From positions 992,001-1,056,000 of the forward strand of contig NC_134028.1 in the NCBI RefSeq assembly GCF_964204645.1: a stretch of DNA of 64,000 nt. The letters run 5' to 3'. This stretch comes from Tubulanus polymorphus. Its lineage: Eukaryota > Animalia > Nemertea. The notes under the pieces were generated by a model. That model was not told where the DNA came from and did no database searches. It saw only the letters and a list, made by a program, of their open reading frames with translations. Numbering within the stretch: the stretch's first letter is position 1; each line of letters begins with the position of its first letter. The position numbers were made by a program, and so were the translations under genes. Positions 59,178 to 64,000 of the stretch are shown in pieces.

Positions 59178-60716
59178 ATGGTTATAACAGAACCGGAACT
59201 CCGGAATGACGGAGAACGTGGTCGACTCATCGATAACAATGGTCGTAAACACAATAATGCGGGTGCTACTGAAGAAACGCTTGGAACACTGCGAGATGTA
59301 ACAAAAATTACCGATGATTCTAACAAAGACGATACTTCGTGTATTTTTCACTGTCGCCGAAACCCGATAACATTGATATCGATCGTCGCTTTAGCCTTAC
59401 TGATCGACAAGATGGCTATAGCGGCTTTTTTGCTCATTTTGCCGGATTACCTACGAACGATGCCGTCGAATGTAAACCCTACAACCGCGGCCGGCTACGA
59501 CAATCAGTCGCAACAAATCGGTATTATCATCGCATTGTTTAATGCTGTACAGATAGCTGGTCAGATATTCGCAGGGATTTTAACTCATAGATGCGGACAC
59601 AAATGCTCGTTCATGTTGGGGGTCGTATTATCATTCGCTAGTTTATTAGTGTGCGCATTGGCCGATAGGTGGTGGATGTTGATTTTTACGAGTGTTCTAT
59701 TGGGTGCTTCAGCGTGTCTCACTCAGGTTGCTGGAAATTCGTACGTGGCGACAATTATCGAAGAAAAAGAACGTCGCGTTTTTGCATTTTCCATCATTTC
59801 ATACGCGAAATTACTCGGATACGGTTTTGGCTATTCATTGGCCTCGTACTTTTATCAATGGCTCGGCCGTTCAGCTCCATTCCTGTTCATGTTGTCGCTG
59901 GTAGTAATTGACGGAGTTCTGAGAATTTTCGTGTTCGTCGATGTCGATCCGGCGGATGACATTAAAACTAGCACCACCAGCAACAGCAACAACAGTACCA
60001 GCAACAGCAACAGCAGCAGCAACAGCAACAACAACGGCAACAGCAGTACCAGTGCCAGCAGCAGCAGTACCAGCGCCAGCAGCAGCAGTACCACCAGCAA
60101 CTGTTGCAAATCGGCTAATTATTTCGCTGGCGTTTGTAAATCAATCCTCAGTGATCGTCAAGTTATTATCATGTTCGTCTGGCAGTTTCTAATCGCCATG
60201 TGTCTCAGTACGTACAATTCGTTCGTACCATTTTGGGCGATCAACTCGATGGGAGCCAAACAATGGGAAATAGGTACAATGATGACAATCACTTTAATCA
60301 TATGCGCGTTCAGTTCTTTTATATTTGCAGTAATCGTATCCAAATTCCTCACACACCGTTGGGTTTTTATGCTCATCAATCTCATCCTAACCGGAATATC
60401 ATTTATAACGTTCACATTTTGCCGCAATATCTGGCAGTCTTTAGCGCCGGATTTACTGTTACGCGTTGCTCATAGTATATTCGGAACTGTATATGTATCA
60501 TGGTTAACGGATCTGTGTCATTCGAGGTTTGACGATAATTACGAAACGATTATATCGCTGAATCTAATCATAGTTAATGTCGGAGCGGTGACAGGGTCAC
60601 TAACGCCAGGGACTCTAATCATTCCGTATGTTGGTTTTGTAGTTTTATTCCGGGCGATCGGTGCAGTACTCATCTCCTATTCGTTCATGTCACTGTGTTT
60701 GAGAAATGCTGCCTAA
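59178..60716 (+). CDS. Intronless SLC18-like MFS transporter, copy 4 (512 aa)
   Basis: Copy-2-type N-terminus; open frame; unique 3' flank. Confidence 0.85.
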   Translation: MVITEPELRNDGERGRLIDNNGRKHNNAGATEETLGTLRDVTKITDDSNKDDTSCIFHCRRNPITLISIVALALLIDKMAIAAFLLILPDYLRTMPSNVNPTTAAGYDNQSQQIGIIIALFNAVQIAGQIFAGILTHRCGHKCSFMLGVVLSFASLLVCALADRWWMLIFTSVLLGASACLTQVAGNSYVATIIEEKERRVFAFSIISYAKLLGYGFGYSLASYFYQWLGRSAPFLFMLSLVVIDGVLRIFVFVDVDPADDIKTSTTSNSNNSTSNSNSSSNSNNNGNSSTSASSSSTSASSSSTTSNCCKSANYFAGVCKSILSDRQVIIMFVWQFLIAMCLSTYNSFVPFWAINSMGAKQWEIGTMMTITLIICAFSSFIFAVIVSKFLTHRWVFMLINLILTGISFITFTFCRNIWQSLAPDLLLRVAHSIFGTVYVSWLTDLCHSRFDDNYETIISLNLIIVNVGAVTGSLTPGTLIIPYVGFVVLFRAIGAVLISYSFMSLCLRNAA

Positions 60717-61429
60717 GTTTCCTTCTCGATAATTTCTTTTATGAATATACATCTAAAATTATGTTCTCTTCCTTGTGTATATTGTTGTATTTTTTAATAA
60801 AAAGAAAGCTCTGGCAAGCGAGTATTGTGTTAGTTCACCTTTTTCCCGCTATCGTTATACAAGAGGGCAGCACTAGACGGTCGAGATCGCTAATTCTTAC
60901 TGTGGCGGGCGCTAACGCTCTTTTTAATTAAATTATGCTCTGAATTCATTAAGACTTAAAAACCTCTTTTATAAAGAAATGATTCTCAATTTTTCATTTC
61001 GCTTTTTGATTGTGGTTTTGAAAGATGAGAATATTTGTACCGGCGGTGGTCAGAGTGTCCAGAGTGAGGATGGTGTCACGAGATGGGGAACAATTCACTA
61101 AAAAACGCTTTTCTGCACAAAAAGTGCTGAAAAGTGCTTAAAAGTGCTTGCAACTATAAAACCATGCTGGCCGAGCTGTTCATCACCTAGCGCACCGTCC
61201 TGAAAATCACAAAAAAAGAGACTTCTTCACAAATCAACTATTTCTAATTCTGAATCTAATTGTTGTATAACATCAGTATCGAAATCACAAGTCGTCCATA
61301 GATTTGTTCCGCCGGGTATTGAGGATAGAACGATCCGGTTATGCGGGTAAACAATGGCGCTGCTCGCACGCTTCCGAACCTGGAAAATGTATATATAGTA
61401 ATCGGGAGATTATAACAAAAAGAACTCTT

Positions 61430-62242
61430 TTAGATTTGCTTCAAAGTAAGACTGTCAAAGGGCTGGAAAAACATATTTTGCCTGTTTGGGCTGTAGGCAC
61501 TTGTAAATACCTGTTGTTGTGACGCTTTTGAAGTTGCCGGTTCTTCCGCACTATAATCTCTGATAATGGTTGCCAATCTTGGTGGTTTTACTGGTGAAAT
61601 GCGATCTTGGTTTCGTTGAGACTTCGGGCTGGTTAATCCTAGCGTCATTTCCGTGTCCTGGGACGGGGCGTTCCGACGCCCCTTGGCCGCTTTGGGTCGA
61701 ATGAACATTCGGAATCGATGCGGCGTGCGTTCACCTCGCGCGGCCTTCGGTCGTTTGCCCCGACTCACCCGTAACGAATCCATCGAACTACACGATGTAT
61801 TAGAACTGAACATGCTGTGAACTTCTAACGAATCGACGGAGGATTCATTTTTCAAAAGATCACCAATCGGCGATTTCGGCCGTTTATAGAGACTTCCGTG
61901 GACGCTGTCAACCGATCTTAGCGTTTCTTGTGAAATACTGTTGTCGACTCGGAATAGAATTTCTTCTACAGATGACGCCGTCGATGACTGACACAAACTA
62001 GTAAATGACGCGTCCTTCCAAGTGAATACATTGATATCTAGTTTTTCTATAGAGATTGCTGACGTCACGTGTCCTACGCATTGTTCTTGTCCTACGCAAA
62101 TGTTCGAAGATATAACTTCCAAAGTATCGTCAAATGATGCTTTCTTACCGTTAAATTGATTTGCCAAGTTTACCAATTGCCATTTTTTATTTTTCTTTAA
62201 GTCCACTACTTTATTAGTAGCTTTTGATATACAATTCCCCAT
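61430..62242 (-). CDS. Hypothetical Ser-rich protein (270 aa) with N-terminal MGNCxS myristoylation/palmitoylation-type motif
   Basis: An 813-bp ATG-initiated ORF in AT-rich DNA starting MGNCISK. No recognisable domain. Confidence 0.55.
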   Translation of the reverse strand: MGNCISKATNKVVDLKKNKKWQLVNLANQFNGKKASFDDTLEVISSNICVGQEQCVGHVTSAISIEKLDINVFTWKDASFTSLCQSSTASSVEEILFRVDNSISQETLRSVDSVHGSLYKRPKSPIGDLLKNESSVDSLEVHSMFSSNTSCSSMDSLRVSRGKRPKAARGERTPHRFRMFIRPKAAKGRRNAPSQDTEMTLGLTSPKSQRNQDRISPVKPPRLATIIRDYSAEEPATSKASQQQVFTSAYSPNRQNMFFQPFDSLTLKQI

Positions 62243-63182
62243 GTTGCTATGGCTCGGTCGCCCGAGGATACTGCAGTAGGGCCGCTGGGAGAACTGCCTA
62301 GTAACTACATGTAGTTATCTCAATCGTTTTTAACATTACAAACACATCTTTCTGAAAAATATGAATGGTTCTAAAAACGAATTCGGCAGTAACTCAGGTG
62401 CCCTCAGCAGGATAAGGCTGTTTCCTTCACCATAGTGCCGAGTGATAAGCGGAATTAATTCTTACTTATTCTACTAGATGGCGACTTGGTGAAATCATAC
62501 CGGCTTACGCGACTCGTCGAATTGCAGCATCAGACTATTTAGTTCCACAAAATTCCAATAGATGGCGAAAAGTGTCATTCCATTGAATTTCGACCGCGAA
62601 TATTATTTTGGGACCGTAAAAAATGTGGCGTACGACTTCAGAGTGCAGGGATGGCAGAAACGTATTCAAATATGTCCGGCCATAGGAAAATGACCTCTGG
62701 AATATTTTGTTGAGGCTAAAAGCAGCGGAAATGTCTCCTATAGAAAGAAAGGGGGGTACGGTTTGAGAATCGGTTTTATTATAGGTGATAAACCACGTCA
62801 TACTCCAGTTAGTAGAGGTCATCAGGGTAGTCGAGAGATAAAACTGAAGTTTTTTTGGAAGAAAAATTGGAGGAACTGTGCCGACAATAACGCCCCAAAT
62901 GCCACGCCACCCGTAGAGTGACGGTACCAGGCGGTTAAAATAAACAACAACAAATTTCATTTCGACTTGCATCAAAAATTTATTTATAAAACCATTTGAT
63001 AAAGGCTTAATTAACATCATCATCATATACATAAAACTGTATACAGAACACATAGAACTCTTTAACTTATGAAAAATGTATTTTTATTCAAAAGCCTAGT
63101 ATGATATATATTTGTGTTACAGGATTATTTGGTGATGGAACTCAAGCCGTGACTGGAGCACGATTCACGAGACATGTTTGAT

Positions 63183-64000
63183 TTAACACTTGAAGTTTGG
63201 TTTACCAGGCATCGTGCAGCCATTATTCTGAATGATTAAATTCGCTGCATAGTGACCGCATTTCACACACGTTTCTAAGTCTTTCTCCTGAACTAATTGA
63301 GCGAGAAAACCTGTAAAATATCAAAAATCATGAAACAAATGCTTCTCGACTAAAATGTAGGGAAAATTGCGAGAAGATACAGCGAGTGGTTCTAGGAAAA
63401 TTGCAAGAAAGGTGGCGTCCTCGGATAGGGCAGCGACATCAAAGGCTGAAAGCGGTTTCAACTGCTGCATTTTTAAAAAGAGTCAAATCTGCAAATTTTT
63501 AATTATCTCTATCTTGACAAAAGGGCAACTTCAATATGGTAAGAAGGAAAGGATTCTGGATCCCATAACAAATTCTCTAGAATTGTCAATGAGAGTGAAT
63601 TTAACATATACAAACCTCCGACAAATGCATCTCCAGCACCATTCGTATCAACGATATCTTCTGGGGCCAATTTGATCACCGGAAATTCTTTTACTTCGCC
63701 ATCTGAATGGTTACAAAAATATTTCAAACATTAGAATCTGTTGGGTCAAGCAACTTTCAATAAAGAACAATTTAAGAGGGTACTTTAAGTACCTACATTA
63801 GAAAGGACACTACATATCTAAACTAAGGGGCTGTCTGTATGAGGCTTATAGCCTTCTTTGACGGTAGATAATATGATATGATATATGACACGATATACTG
63901 AGCCCCGAGATATTCTTTATTAAGTTTGATATAACATTGATTTCTCTGACCTTTAGCGACAATAGTAGCTTTATCTCCTTGAGTTATGACAACCATTCGA
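63183..64000 (-). CDS. ADK: Adenosine kinase (PfkB family), 3' exons only; gene continues beyond the window
   Basis: Exons RMVVITQGDKATIVAK (63951-64000), IVDTNGAGDAFVG (~63615-63702) and GFLAQLVQEKDLETCVKCGHYAANLIIQNNGCTMPGKPNFKC* (63183-63311). Confidence 0.9.

Larger units (their letters stand above)
36917..60716. repeat. ~12.25-kb tandem segmental duplication (units ~36917-49151 and 49152-~60716)
   Basis: Constant 12248-bp offset between astacin-region ORFs (e.g. 40820/53068, 41980/54228, 43214/55462). Junction at 49151/49152. Confidence 0.93.

Noticed and set aside
36917-60716. 12-kb duplication as a pure assembly artefact (uncollapsed haplotypes)
   Set aside because: The astacin part is nearly identical, but a distinct junction with a templated insertion and copy-specific differences in the transporters and DOMON exons favour a real tandem duplication. 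This is not fully excluded without reads.
62535-63053. 172-aa minus-strand ORF
   Set aside because: It has a non-ATG start, overlaps the ADK 3' region and a dispersed repeat, and shows no protein-like motif.

Overview
Eukaryotic (intron-rich, AT-rich, invertebrate-like) genomic DNA, so many entries in the ORF track are exon fragments or spurious frames. The left arm holds ordinary conserved genes: an intronless ATOH8/Net bHLH gene and the multi-exon DEAD-box helicase DDX46/Prp5. A 2.1-kb TIR transposon with a 9-bp target duplication sits 26 bp upstream of the DDX46 ATG. The region ~15.4-60.7 kb is a recently and repeatedly tandem-amplified cluster. It contains three full double-DOMON DBH/MOXD1-like copper monooxygenases plus a DOMON-only derivative, two intact and one pseudogenised astacin metalloprotease with an unfamiliar 10-Cys tandem C-terminal domain, and four intronless, divergent SLC18 (VMAT/VAChT-like) transporters. 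An intronic tRNA-Pro and its decayed copy lie inside the monooxygenase duplicates. The two recent monooxygenase duplicates differ mainly in their catalytic-domain exons. By inference, the cluster may be an animal secretory-vesicle biosynthetic or secretion module (vesicular importer, luminal hydroxylase and secreted protease). The right end has an orphan lipid-anchor-motif ORF and the 3' exons of adenosine kinase. Exon boundaries were read by eye and some are approximate.
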